DNA of 64,000 nt from Hydrolagus affinis (taxonomy: Eukaryota), in NCBI GenBank assembly GCA_012026655.1, contig JAAILG010000636.1, positions 1 through 64,000 on the forward strand, written 5' to 3'. The position numbers and the translations under genes were made by a program. Positions 1-13,239 of this stretch are shown piece by piece; within the stretch, counting starts at the first letter, position 1, and the number at the start of each line of letters is the position of its first letter. A model generated the notes under the pieces. That model did no database searches. It saw only the letters and a list, made by a program, of their open reading frames with translations, and was not told the DNA's origin.

Positions 1-3000
1 CCCCCCCCCCCCCCCCACCAATTTTTTTTATGTTTCTCCGAATAAGTCTCCGTCATTCACTGTTCACTAACGTACTTGTTTAAACAAAAAGAGAGAAAAG
101 AGAAATAAATACACAATATATATTTTTTCTCATTAGGCAGGAAAATCACAGTTTTCCTGTTCCATATTCCAACATCCCTCTTGAGTTATTTTCCGAATAA
201 AAGCGTGTATACAGTCTTGATCCTCGTCCAATGCAACACATACCCATACCTTACAGTGAGCAGCCAGTCGATGCCTGGTAATATTTTACGATTGTTTGAT
301 CGGTAAGAATTGTTGTTGCTTTTCATTAAAAAAAAATCTCTTGACTGCAATGGAGTTTGGAAACTCGATCATTTCTGGACTCTCGTTTTTGTTGTTGAGA
401 GTGTACAGTACTGAAAACGAGCGACCAACCTCGGGGAACGGTCTGAGAGTATGAATTAATTAGCTGCAGAACAGCTTTAGAAAAAAAAATGGATTTTTTT
501 TTTGGGAAAAAAAAATGTTGGAATCCATTCAGACTAATTTGCTGGAGACCGTTGAGCGCCTGCGTGAGAACGCACGTGGGTTTTAAAGTTAACATAAACT
601 TTTTAAAACTTCACCCGGTTTGAACGGCATCGTGACTAATACTGGGCATGATGTGGAATCGAGTTTCTCAAACTTGTCGTGTCGAGCACTGGCGAGAAAT
701 TAATCCCGTCTTTCGGATGCTTGTTTACCGACCGATTGCTGTGAATTAAATCGTATGCGGTACTTTCAACACGACAGGGGAAAAAAATATTTAAGCTCAG
801 TGCCAGCGCCCAGACATATCTCTCTATTATATACCAGCAATCCCGTGGATAAACATAGGACAACAAATCAGTGCACGGAAAGAGAAATCGTGAATTCTCT
901 TGGATCTCCCTCCCTCTCGGTCTCTCTCCCTTCTCTCCGCTCCCACACACTCAAACCTGCACTTCCACACAGTGAGTAAGATCAATATATCCGCCACAAC
1001 GGAACCGGTTAAACCCCATCCGATTGAACCGGGGCATTTCATCCGGATTCTAAACCCGTATGTCTCCGGGATGCTTGATTGGGTTGTCTGTAGGTGGACT
1101 GGAAACGATTCCCTTTGCCAGACCTTTGCCAGACCACCTATTTGGTATTTTTAAAAAATATTACTATTATTATTATTATTATACAACAGCCTGTTCTTCA
1201 CACCGCGTTATTGTCGTCCCTTTCCGATTTCAACTGCGGCCAAAATCTAGAAGAGAAACCAGAAAGGGTACCGCGCCAAAAAAAAAAAATATGAATCCCA
1301 AATGACCCGAGAACGTTATGAATATTGATTTGAAATCCATTCCTCTTGGTTGATTTGATTTTACAACAGTGGTAATTACACCCAACCAGATGCCATGTAA
1401 AAGTAAACAAAACGTTCCAAGAAATGAGCCGTATTGGGGAGGAGGGTGGGTGGGGGGGCACCAAAAAGAGAGAGAGAGAGACCTTAGGTATGATGCTTGG
1501 GTTTAATGGTAATTGATAGCCTCAGCGGGAAAATTTTCTAAAAAAAAAACCCAAATCTATTGGTTTGTTGAACTATTGAGTATATTTATACATATTCGTT
1601 CGGTTTTTTGTATTTTATTGTTAAACCAATTCGATCACGACACTTTGGTTCACCCAGTAGACACATCTATGTCATATGTGCATTATTTCACTATCCACGC
1701 TGATTGAGCATATGCGGCAGTTCTGTTTCCCATTTAAGAAGCATGTTTCTAAAGAGAGTTACTTAAACTGCGGAACCAGAACCTTTAGTGGCGTGTGATG
1801 TTACTGACAGAAAAATACAGATTTATGGTTTTATACGAGGATTGGTCTGACCTATAAGCAATGTACTTCTATTCATTGTGCACATCTGAGAATGGTCTAT
1901 GGAAATTCTGCTGAACTGGAATTTAAAATAACTGCACGTATTATTAATATGTGTGTCTGTAATTGAATTTGTCAATGTATTTTTTTTAAATCAAAACTAG
2001 TATGATTCTTAAAAGTACTTTTCTTTTAATATGAAGAAACATTTTCCTCGTTATGCTTTTGTCACGGGCGATGTGTATTTTCTCTCTCTATGTCTTTGTT
2101 TCTCTTTCTGTCTTTGCCTCTCTCTCTCTCTCGCACCCCATATGCTTTTCCTCATATACAGTTTAAACTAATTGGTTTAGAATAAATCCTCTGACTAGCT
2201 GTTTTAGCCCCCAGTCGTGACCGTGCCAGCTGCCGTGTGTTTGATCACACCTATAGCCTGGTCTATATGGGAGGTTCCTGTCTGTGGAGTTTCTCTCGTC
2301 AAGTCCCTTCGGGATCTCACATATACAGCCGTTAGATCGCGTGCAAAACACACAGATTAAATTTCCAGCAAGATACAAGCACACTGTGTGTACCTGTAAA
2401 TTAACTCGCATCTATCTCTTTGTTCCATATTTGCACCTGTAACACGAACAAGCACCGTGTATAGGAGTTTTTATTTCTGCACAGATTCAATTAACAGTGG
2501 GTGCTGCTCTGTGGCTATAACGTGCACCAGACAGATTGCCAGAGTTTAGCTCATAAGGCACAATTTCATGTGAAAATTAAGTCAATCAAGTGAAATAAGC
2601 AGTGATTTGTTTGTTGCTGGCACGCTATAGCATGTACAGCAGGGCTGCTATTTGCTGTAAGTAATGTAATTAGCCGTTTTGTACAGAAATCAATGGCTTA
2701 TAAATAGACCAGTGATAGCTGCACAAGCACGCAGAAATACTCAAAAGGAAATCCCCATTATCCTTGCGGATGTTTTTCATATCATCGTGACATGCTAATA
2801 GTTTGCATTACTGTAATTTTTAATTGAATCTGTTTTTGTTTCACAAAAAAAAAGATGATTTATTTTCAGAGAAGGCGCATTTTAGAATAAATACTGCACC
2901 CCAGGATTATCATTCAGTTGCGGTGATCACGTGTTTCGTTTAAAAATGAGTTAACAGCGTTAAAATAAAGTGGAAACGCCACGTTTTGAATTATAGTTGT

Positions 3001-6000
3001 TTTGTGAGAAAGGCTAACACAGTATCTGCAAATTTGTTAACGGTGATCAAAACGATCTGGACTGTTTTGAATGGATTACACTCTCTCGCCTCCAGCATAT
3101 TGCTATGTGACCTGATAGGATATAATATTATCCAAATCGTATAACCCGAAATGTAGTGAAAAGTGACTGTAATTCCAGATATAATGTTCAAAGTAATGTA
3201 AGTAAGGCTACAGCCGAATGGGCTGCAATAACCATAGACCGATATTTAGAGTCCTCTGGCGGTCCTGGACAGTTTTATTGAAGGTATCAACAATAGTTTA
3301 TGTCGCCCGTGTCAAAGTGCGGTATATTATTTATCGAATCCTGCTAGTTTGCGCTTATATTGATCTGCACAAGTGCCCATTTTATAGGCAGATTGTGAGA
3401 TGTTGCTCCATTCCCTCTATTTGCGTTTTGCATGCTGATGGAACAAAATAAAGTACACATATGCAAATGTTATTGCAAGACAATAAACCCAGCCAATAGG
3501 AGTCCTTTTAGTTCAACTAATGAATACGTGTTTAACTCTAATTAACGACTATCTAATGAGGGCCTTATGTAAATTCAAGCAAACATTAAATATCAGGATC
3601 TCCTATGCGCCTGGAGGCGAGTTATCTCTTTTACAGTAATACGCTCAGCAGCTTTAGTGGTGTCAAATCGGGGATAACGGGATAGCAACTCTGCGTTTGT
3701 ATATCACTCTTCTGAATTTTGTGGTCCCAGCTATAAGGTGTCCAGGAGCACAGCTGTAAACTCTTTGTAAACGCGGTACCATGGCATCGTGAATTGATGC
3801 AGAAATCTTCAATCTGTGAATCCCGACCTGGCAGATAAAAGCTTAAACAGAACCCAAGCTTGAATGAATGAATGAATGAATTCAATTAACGTGTTCTGAA
3901 GTTGGAGTAGTTTCTTTTGCATTTGTTGGATAATGCACTTGCTCTGGTTCTATGCAAACGTGCAGGTGCATAAGAGCACTGGAGCTATAGACGCCATTTG
4001 AGGAGGGGGTGGTGGGGGGGAAGAAAAATGTTAAATTTACATATCCATCTCTCCTCAATGGCACTATTACCAGTAATTGGCTGGGTACAATAACATAACT
4101 CAAAAAATGGCTAAACCCGTGCATCTGTATTCATTTAATTAATTATGTGATCTCTTGGTTCGCTCCATCAGGCGCGGTAAGGTAGATGGGGTGATGAGCT
4201 GTTGACAAGGAGAGTCGTGTGTTGTGTTTTTTTTGGGGGGAAGGGGAGGGGGGGGAAGAGGAGGTGGGGGGGGAGAGAAAAAACACCAATCCTTCTCCCG
4301 AGAAACAATACAGAAATTGTAACTTTTAAAACGAGACTCCTCTCGGGGAGATTTATTGTATTTTCTGATACAATTTGAGGTTTACTCGCCCGCACATTTT
4401 GCTGTGGAACACGGTTATAGAAATTGAAGTGAACTGGCTGCACGTTGCTACAGCACGTGGGCTAAAGCGACTTGGTGCCAGAATTAGTAATCGATAGGTT
4501 TTTGGCATGGCTGTGATCTTGCACAACCTTTGAAATCAGACGGAGGCAACCCTGAGACAAAACCAGACCCCCAACCAACCAACCACGCATTCATACCGTG
4601 AGCTACCAAAACTCTGCCATTGTTTCCCATTGCCTGCAGTACTTTCGAAGATGTGAAAATTAGAATGAGCCTCACATTGCCCTGAATGCAATGTGATTTG
4701 GTGGTGTTTGCTGAGGTACACCACACTCTTTTGTTTTTGATCCGGAGGGAGAGAGAAAAAGAAGAGGGGGGGTGGGGGGGCTTTACAGATTAACTGAAAA
4801 TATCACATCCACCTTGCAAACATTTCCAGAAAACAGACCCATTACTAGGTTACAATTCGCGATAATTGTTTGCTGAGTGTTTTCTGCAGTTTCTTTAGGA
4901 TATAAAATTACGGGTCAATTCGTCGCCGAATGTTTTATCCCCCCCCCCCCCCACCACCTCTCTCTCTCTCTCTCTCTCTGGGTTTTTAAATATTTCAATC
5001 AGGGTAAAGCGGGATCAGTGAATTGCCATTGGAAAGTAATAGTGAAGCGTACGATTCAAACACTTCTATGTCGTGAGGCGCAAAATAAACAGAAAAGTAC
5101 ATTTTACGGGACCAGGAAGCGATTGTGTTTATGGTAAAAAAGACTTGAGATATACATAAAAAAAACACGTTTAAGCTCAGGATGCATTTTCAGCTTACTA
5201 TTTAAATATCCGCAGATTTAATTCCAAGTGCATTTTAATACCAATGGTATAATTCGAGGCGAAATGGTGCTTTTAAATTTAAAAGTAATGAACTAAAGTA
5301 CCCAGAAGTCCTTTTCTTTGGAATATATTTCAGCTTTGCCTGATCACCGATATCCTTTTTTGAAGAATGCCGATATTTTTACTTTCATTTGCATAGGATT
5401 CGCGTTCAAGACCTGACATTCTTGGCCACAGGCTACTCTAATAAGCTTATTATAGCGTGAACGCTTTTGGTATTTAATTACCATGTTTCCATGAGAAACA
5501 GTTAGCCAATGGTTTTCGTTCAGTGGTATTGCCCTCAACACTAATATTTTAATGTGATATTCACCGCGACGGTCCTCCATCTGATGACCCTGGGAGTTAA
5601 GGGAACTGCTGTGTGTGATTATGCCACCAGGTATGGATGGGGCAGTCGCTGAATTCAGTTTCCATGTAAACACAGTTGATATGGCGAACATCCATTTAGA
5701 CCGGGATACATTGTGATTGCGATTATATGAAACAAAATAAAACGCAGAATCATGCAGCAGATAGAAAATGAACAAATCAGAAGCCACGGCTGACGATTGA
5801 TCAGCATGTATATCAGCCAGGATCCGCAGGCGAAACGCTGTACAGCAGCAGCGTGTGAGGAGAAAGCTCATTAAGTAACAGGTGAATCTGAGCAAACAGA
5901 AGATCTCGTATTTAAACGATTACAACTTGAGAAAGGCTCGACTGATTTACAGAACCGAAAGCTGAAATTCTAATACTCGGTTTGACTGTGGGTGGGGGGG

Positions 6001-7450
6001 GGGAGTAGCTTGGATTGCTTAAAAAGAGAGAACTTGCATAAGTATTGTCTGAGATAGACTTCTGACGTGGATCCAATCAATAACCCCACCCTTCAGAATG
6101 GCGTTTAACCTTATTTAACTTATCCCCTGCTACACTACAGGACGATTAGTTGCGTGATGAATAAAGGCGCAAATATAACGCTGAAATCAAAAGAGCCAAA
6201 TCTGCAAAAAAAAAGATTAAACATGATGCCATATTCTGGGGCCGGAATACCCTTCAAAATAATAATTAACGTAATTCTTATGCGACTGTCAACAATCACA
6301 GACTATCACAGTGCATGGTTTCTGCAACTGCACGTTTACGAACTAATGTGAGACAATATCTAATCTGTAGCCTTCAGGTTCATATAAGTCCCGAAGCAAG
6401 AGTAAGAACAGAAATCACACATCGTGTCTGTTGGAATATTAAGGACATTGGTCAGAACATTGCTGTAAAGCCTATCAGTATTGTACAGATCACACTGAAT
6501 GTGTGAAATTGGGTGTCCTTTTCATTCGTCAATGGTTCCCAACTCAATCTATGTTGCGAGTTCGTACCCCCAAAGTTACCTAAATAAATGTAGACCTTAA
6601 TATTCCACGATGAATTCAATACATCTTGTCATATCAGTGTCTGCTGTTCGAAGCTTTTTGGAACCTAATTGTCGACACTCGTAATTATCGCGACAACAGT
6701 AGATGTTTACTGTTCAGTAACTAACTACCATGAAATATTTCCTTCCCCACGTTGCCTGGGGTTATGATGACACTGTAAGCTCTGGTGTTGCTGTTTTACA
6801 GTATAAAGCACAGTGTAAACGTTGGCGATGTTTAACCCATCAAATCGTGTCATATCGATGCGTTGAAGACCAATATTACCAGTGATCACCACAATTCTGA
6901 AATGCACGACTCAACGTTGGGCATTCTTCAATAGTACCACATTACATGGCGAGGGTGAATTGCAGATACAAAAATAACATGCAAACGGTACTGCACAAAG
7001 AAAACGATTCGTTATGGTTTTTGTTAGTCTGATTTGCCATAATATTTCAGCTGGTTTTTTGCAACTCAAATTGTTAGGCTGTCCTTGTTAAAAAAAAAAT
7101 AAGCACAATCTTTGTTCTTTAACACTGCTGTTGACACATTAGGGCTTAAAACATGCAATGGAATCGCACCCAAACATCCAACAGAGCACCGAGTCTAAAG
7201 ATCTCAACAACTGTACCGTGTGTTACAAAGGTGAACTATCTAGGTGTTCTTAACAATGCCAGCTATTAATCAAAATCCGGACAGATTCAGCGTCTGCAAC
7301 TCTGGGGAACCTGGATCGCGTTGCTAAGGCAATTCAGATGGGAAAACTGTGAACGCCTTTGTTAAGAAAAGACTAAGTGTGCCAGGCATTAAGCCTTGTA
7401 AGAAATTCCAATTCAAAACAAAACAGTACATCTCTCAATATTCGGCTTAC

Positions 7451-7670
7451 CTTTATCTCACAGGGTTGGCTTCCAGAGCATGAAAATGGATGCTGGTGGT
7501 CAAAAGATCGTTCTGGCAAATAGAGCAGATCGGAATTATCCAGCTCCGGCTCAGGATTGAGCTTGTGTCTCGCAAGCGGGTTGCTCTGTTAATTAAAATA
7601 AAAGAGCGGCTTGTAAAGGACGTTCACGCATTGTGCCCGCAGTCTGAACGCCGGGCTCAATATATAACTG
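7451..7670 (-). promoter_or_regulatory. Candidate TATA promoter and distal first exon, possibly the LHX9 alternative first exon
   Basis: Minus strand: TTATATATTG near 7658-7667, then ~200 nt of CpG-containing sequence ending in a consensus donor AAAG|GTAAGC (exon end 7451). Confidence 0.4.
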
Positions 7671-7794
7671 ACGAGAAGGTGCGAGGCTTGACCCGCCTCC
7701 AGCAAAACCACCAGCCTTTTATTATTTATTGACCTTACATCAAATTCATGCACACACATGAAAATATAACTGGCTGCCAAAAAGCCATCTTACT

Positions 7795-7823
7795 ACACAC
7801 GCACACGCACACACACACACACA
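7795..7823. repeat. (CA)n microsatellite
   Basis: acacacgcacacgcacacacacacacac. Confidence 0.85.
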
Positions 7824-9995
7824 CTAAACCCCCAAACAAGCCCAGTTATGAATAATATCGGTTTTATCTTTGCATCCTGTGTACAAATCGAGGGCAGAAA
7901 CAGATTCTAATTTACCTTGTATGGCCATCCTATTGTTATAAAGTTCTGAAGCAAAACAGCTTCTGCCGCTGTCCTTATTTGAATTATAGTCAGTTTAGGC
8001 TCTTTCTGGTTTATTCACTTTGGTATCAGTCCTCGAAGCCTCAGTTGTCACATTTCTCTTTACAGAGACGTGGCAGACTTCTTTATTCTTCTCTTCATAC
8101 TTGTAGTAGTTTATTCGCATCTCTCTCTAAAAAAAATCCCTCCTGTCAATGTACAAAAATAGACTCGTCACTGAAACTGTGTTTTAGTTCCGGTACATAT
8201 ATATATAATATATATATAAATATATATATATGTGTGTGTGTTTTTCAAGTTAAAATTTCTTCTGGGGCTAAATTAAAATTTACTTCCAAGGGTTCTTCTC
8301 AAGTGATGTGAGCTGTTCTGTGGCAATCAATCCATGACAATACATACAGTAAATCAGATTTAATATCAATTTCAACGTGACGTAAACAAAATGCATACGT
8401 TTAGAGTTAAGCGTTAGGCTTGATAATCAAGGCACATCGATATTTGTATCGATAATGCCAGGACTTCAATGATATCTGAGTGAGCAGAACACAATAATGA
8501 GCATCCAGCGGTTCCAATGAGCGTGAAACGCTTTCCCATGTATTGCTCACATTTATTGCAGTTATTGAAATTGAGAACAGGCGATTGAAAGCAAAACCGC
8601 CCCTTGTCACATTTCTTCTGGGTTCCCGCAATGGAGCTTTTGACTCTCGGTTCACATGAAACTGGAACTCAATAATCACTGTTCCGACATATGGAGGATG
8701 ATTTCGGTGCGTTGGACGGTTGTTCGGATCGCAACGCATTGGACGTTTCAGGCGTTATTTTCATGTGAATTACATCTAAAGTACGGTATACACAACGTGT
8801 GTGTTACCCCCAAAAGGGGGATTCAACAGAGTCTGGGAGTCAATGGTGCGCGTTAAGAGCATGGGACCTGTCCCCTTTCGCCTGTATCTGCAACTTAAGC
8901 GGGCAAAGCCGAAGCCTTTGGCGTATCGCATACCTGCAGGGGTTAATGAATATTTTACCTGTGAACTTTGAACTTGTACCACTCGGTGTGAAATGTATTC
9001 ACGTGATGAGATGTTGTACTTTTTCTCCCCCCCATTCGGAAGCGTGTCCACTGGCCTTATCATTTGCCGAAATAACATTAGGGATTGGAATGGCCGCTGT
9101 TGGGATGAACCCTCTTGTAACGCTGGCCTGAAGCCCGTCAGGAGAAAGAAAAGAAAACCTTCAAAAAGCACATTATCCAACTAGACACGGACAGCAACGT
9201 GCGGTCAATACATCACTGCGCGCTTTGGTTTTCTTTTTTTTTTAAAAAATTCCCATCCTCGACTTATCTCCTGGACCGGAGCATTTTTGGTTTGCGATGA
9301 ATTGGTCCTTATCAGGGGTTAAGTCGTCAAATAAATGATGGCAAGAACAGAACAGAACAAAAGGATGTAACGCTGCCTGCCGCACTTTGACGTTTTAACA
9401 ACTTGGAGTTTCATCTTTTGAAGTTAAAATGTGCGCAGGTAAAGCAGGTTCATCTAGAAAGGTACCAAACCAAATGTACAGTATCATTAGCTTTTCTGTT
9501 ATAATCCTGGGACATTCCCATTCAACCACATGCCGCCACGTAAAAGGAAGCGAAAGACATTTCGATAATAAGACCATCGTGACTATATTTTAACAATACT
9601 ATATAGTTATCAATAGCACAAGAATCATGCCCTAATTCAGACACTCCACCTCCCCCCCCCCCCACCACTCCCTCCTTTAGCCAATTAGCAATTATCAGTC
9701 CCCTGTCACGGATTCATACTATATGAGATTTGCGACTTTCATTGAAACTTAGCACTGATTCAAAAGTTCTCATAATTGCTGTTTTAACCTTTCGGACTTA
9801 AAGGTTCTGTAAGCATTAAAAGGAGCCAAGTTACTCTAAACGTCAAAAGAAAAGGCAGCTTCAGGTCTGTTTTTTTTTGCAATTAATATTTGGGTGGCTT
9901 CAGTATGTACTTAACAATTTAAACAAAAACAGTGCTATAGGTTCCAACAACCTTTGAATATATATTTTTGAAAGCATTCCTACTATCATGACATT

Positions 9996-10548
9996 CAATG
10001 TATTTCATTTTGCTTGGAACTGAAGCTAAATCAATCAAACAGCACTCTTTGCATAATACATTTCATCAAAAAAGATTTAATCCCTTAACCTGTCACATTT
10101 AAACTTCTGGATAATACTAGAAGGCGATGGATCAAATTCAGGAAGACAGTATTCAGAGACAATTTCAGCTGGTTATGCTTTAGCTGGGCTCATTTCCAGC
10201 AAATTTTGGTGGAAAATGAAAGTTTCAATACCTTGCCTTCAAGAAAAGATGATTGATAAATATTTCCATCTACTCCTACCACTGAAATTGGAAATCGGAT
10301 CTTTCCAGTTAATTTTTACAACACTTGGATTCATTTTATGAGCAACAAGGGTACATAACAAAATATTTCAAATCAATAGCAGATTATGAATTGTTAGTTC
10401 ATATTCCTGAGATTAACTGACCTGTTACAGGATCAACTCTGTTTAATCAGATTGAAATCGAACCACAGGATAATCCTGATTAAATTTATTATGTCAACAG
10501 TATGGTTTGATTGATTTAGCTTCAGTCATAGGCAAAGTGAGACACTTG
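9996..10548. repeat. Old inverted-repeat element (possible decayed MITE), arms ~45 bp
   Basis: ctgaagctaaatcaatcaaac (10020-10040) is the exact reverse complement of gtttgattgatttagcttcag (10505-10525), with imperfect outward extension. Confidence 0.6.
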
Positions 10549-12239
10549 CTGTAGTGCAGCAAGTTTCACATCAGTGTTATGCAATACATCTTTGAGCTGA
10601 AACAAAAACACACATTCTAGAATTCTAAATTCTAGAAATTCAATTACTCAATCAACATCTGGAAAGGAAAAGTAGGTTAACCTTTTAGGCACCGCATTGA
10701 TTGACATTGTATACCTGGGACTCTGACATTAGTGTAATTAATGAGGAAAAAACTAAAAAGGTTATTGCATCAGGTGGAATTCTTGATTCATCATCCTGAG
10801 AACATAGAAACAGGAGTAGGCCATTTTGACTCTCATTCTATTCGATTTGGGCAGATGTTTTAATTCCATTTGCTTTGTCTGAGTTCATATCCCCTAATAC
10901 TCTTTATTTACCAAGCATTTATGTCTTCTTTTTAAGCATCCCAACCAATTCTGTATCTGTAGCCTACTGGGAAGTGCATTACATACAATAAATTTTGAAA
11001 TATTTTCCCCATCTACCTGAGCATGTGCTCATCCTCAATTGGCTTTTCGTTTTACTCCAAGCACTTTCTCCAGATTAAAAATGCTATGAGAACTTGTATA
11101 GCTTCCAACCATGTCTGTTCATCTTTTTGAAGACTGGGTTGAATTTTCCTTATTCCATTCCCATTTGGAATAGTTCCTATTCCTTTCCAATTGTGAACAT
11201 TGTTGGTGATGTTTTCACTCTACTCTGGAGAAGTTGGTTGTTTTCCACCTGTCCAGCCAAAGCCCTTATCATCACCTGGCCCATCCCTTTCATGTTTATT
11301 TTCCCCTCACTATCCCAGGTTTGCCTCAATAACTTGCATCTCACATTTGAACCAACGTACACTCATTTCCGCTTTCAAAAAACTCTTCCAACGCTTTTTG
11401 CAAAAACACCATTCCTTTTCTCAGATTTTCCATGGCCTCCATATTTGCTTTAATGATGACTTGTTGGGATAAAAGCATTGGATTACACCATTTACTCCAC
11501 CTGGGCATCCACAATTGAGCAGACACTTGACAGCAACTACCCCATTTCCTATGCCTTTCACTCGCTCCTTCTCCTGTGAAACAACAGTGTGGCTTTTGCA
11601 TTTATCTTCCCTTCAAATAGCCTCAACATCCACCAGGCTATCTTCTACCATTTCTGCCACCCATAACATAATCCCAACAGTATATATACATCATGCACTC
11701 CCAATCTTCTCTATTATCAGGAGGGAGCAATTGTCCTATGTCACTTGGGCACTGTTCCAATTTCCATTCAACTTTACATCCACCAATCCTATACAGAAGA
11801 TTCCACCTACCCTCTATTCAATTCTAATGAAGGTTCAATTTTGCCTAAAATAAGAACCCATCCTTCTCCCCCAGGTGTTGAATGGCCTTTCCTGCTTTTG
11901 TTTTATGATTTCCTGCAGCAGCAGCAGCAGCAGCATTCTTTGAACTGAAACACTGATGATGATTGGCTGACAAGAATACAATGATCACCTGACTGAAAAA
12001 GAAACATGACAGAAAATAACCTGAAGAGCAGGATTTGCCAAGTCAGGATCTCACAACCAACCCCAATTTACCCCATAATGCCCAACAATTTTCATTAAAA
12101 TTTTTTTTTCACAAGAAGCATCCATTCAATGGCATTAATGCTTAATTGCTGAGCTATTAATACTGCTCTGGACATCTACCCAATCTGAAAGTTACTATAC
12201 AAATGTAATTTTGTCGTTGTCCCATTTTGTACTTGGAAT

Positions 12240-12570
12240 CCTGTAGTTTAGGCACTCAACTCGCAAGCTGGGTTTGATTCCTGGGCAGAGCAAAACATTG
12301 GGCAAGTTTCGTTAAACCACACACCTTTGTTTATCCAGCAGTAAGTAAGAACCCAGTTATGAATAGAATGGCGGATTGCTTTTCTCGGATAATAATCTGT
12401 TCAAAACAAAAGTCACTCAGTCCACTCTATGTCTGGACACTGTTGTGCACAATCGCTGCCACATTTTGCCCACAAAATATACAATAATTTCACTTTACAG
12501 TGTATTTTGTGAAGTGCTTTGACACTTCTAGAAGATGTGATAAGGTGCTACAATATATCAAACTCAAGAA
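12240..12570 (+). mobile_element. tRNA-derived SINE, long form (CORE-like + Deu 3' part + L2-type tail)
   Basis: B-box gggtttgattcc, ttgggcaagtttc...gtttatccagcagtaagt, then tgtgcacaatcgctgcc...gtgaagtgctttgacac...taaggtgcta tail shared with other copies. Confidence 0.8.
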
Positions 12571-13239
12571 ATATTACATTAATATTACAATATTACATCC
12601 ATCTTCATCTGGGAGGTCAGATGATCCAGGTTGAATTTCTTTACCAATAATGCTTTGTTTCCAGTGCAGTTGATCAGTATATTCCTCCATTGAATAAATA
12701 GTTTTTACATGTTCACGTGACTGACCAGTGTGTTGTTCAGAATTGGTGCAGTTCACTGCGAAGCAGTGGCTGTTTGGACACACAGAGTTCTTGGGTTGTA
12801 ATACTCACCACCTGTTTGGGAGTCAGCCACTTTAAAAAGTTATATTAGCGTATCATTCAAGTTAAGAATAGCATTAAAGGTCCAATGCAAACCAAACTAG
12901 TTCTTATTGAGCATGAGAAAACAGCACCAGCTGTTTATAATTCAGTACTAAATAGCATTAAATTGGTAATCTCACTGTGAGTTTGCTAAGAGGAAAAGAA
13001 AACAAAAATCACGGTTGAGTCAGAATATATCGGAATGGGAATCTTTAACTCTGTCTACTATATACTGTAACAGACGTGGTGCTGACACTGAATGCAAGAG
13101 TGGCACTATAGTTCATGGGCACAATAAGCATAAACAGAATCTCAAAATTATTATTCACTTCTTGAGTTTTATTTACTTTGGTTTCTATCATTAAATCTCT
13201 ATATTCTACTATTATTTTGTAACAATGCAATTAAAAAAA

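Larger units (their letters stand above)
1..9900 (-). promoter_or_regulatory. Transposon-depleted, CpG-rich non-coding region; inferred upstream/promoter domain of LHX9 (coding exons not seen, presumably left of the window)
   Basis: No copies seen of the SINE/L2 families abundant after ~10.8 kb; visibly more CG dinucleotides and many TAAT/ATTA motifs. Position 3' of C1orf53 matches human synteny DENND1B(-)/C1orf53(+)/LHX9(+). Confidence 0.6.

Noticed and set aside
613-651. Minus-strand MPSISHDAVQTG, reminiscent of LHX2 MPSISSD
   Set aside because: Stops after 12 codons and has no LIM cysteines; treated as coincidence.
5344-5895. Longest ORF in the track (183 aa, minus)
   Set aside because: Non-ATG start, no recognisable domain, composition like translated non-coding DNA.
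11094-11950. Cluster of overlapping 60-120 aa ORFs
   Set aside because: No assignable motif; follows a CR1-like 3' end at ~10800; probably degraded repeat that I cannot classify.
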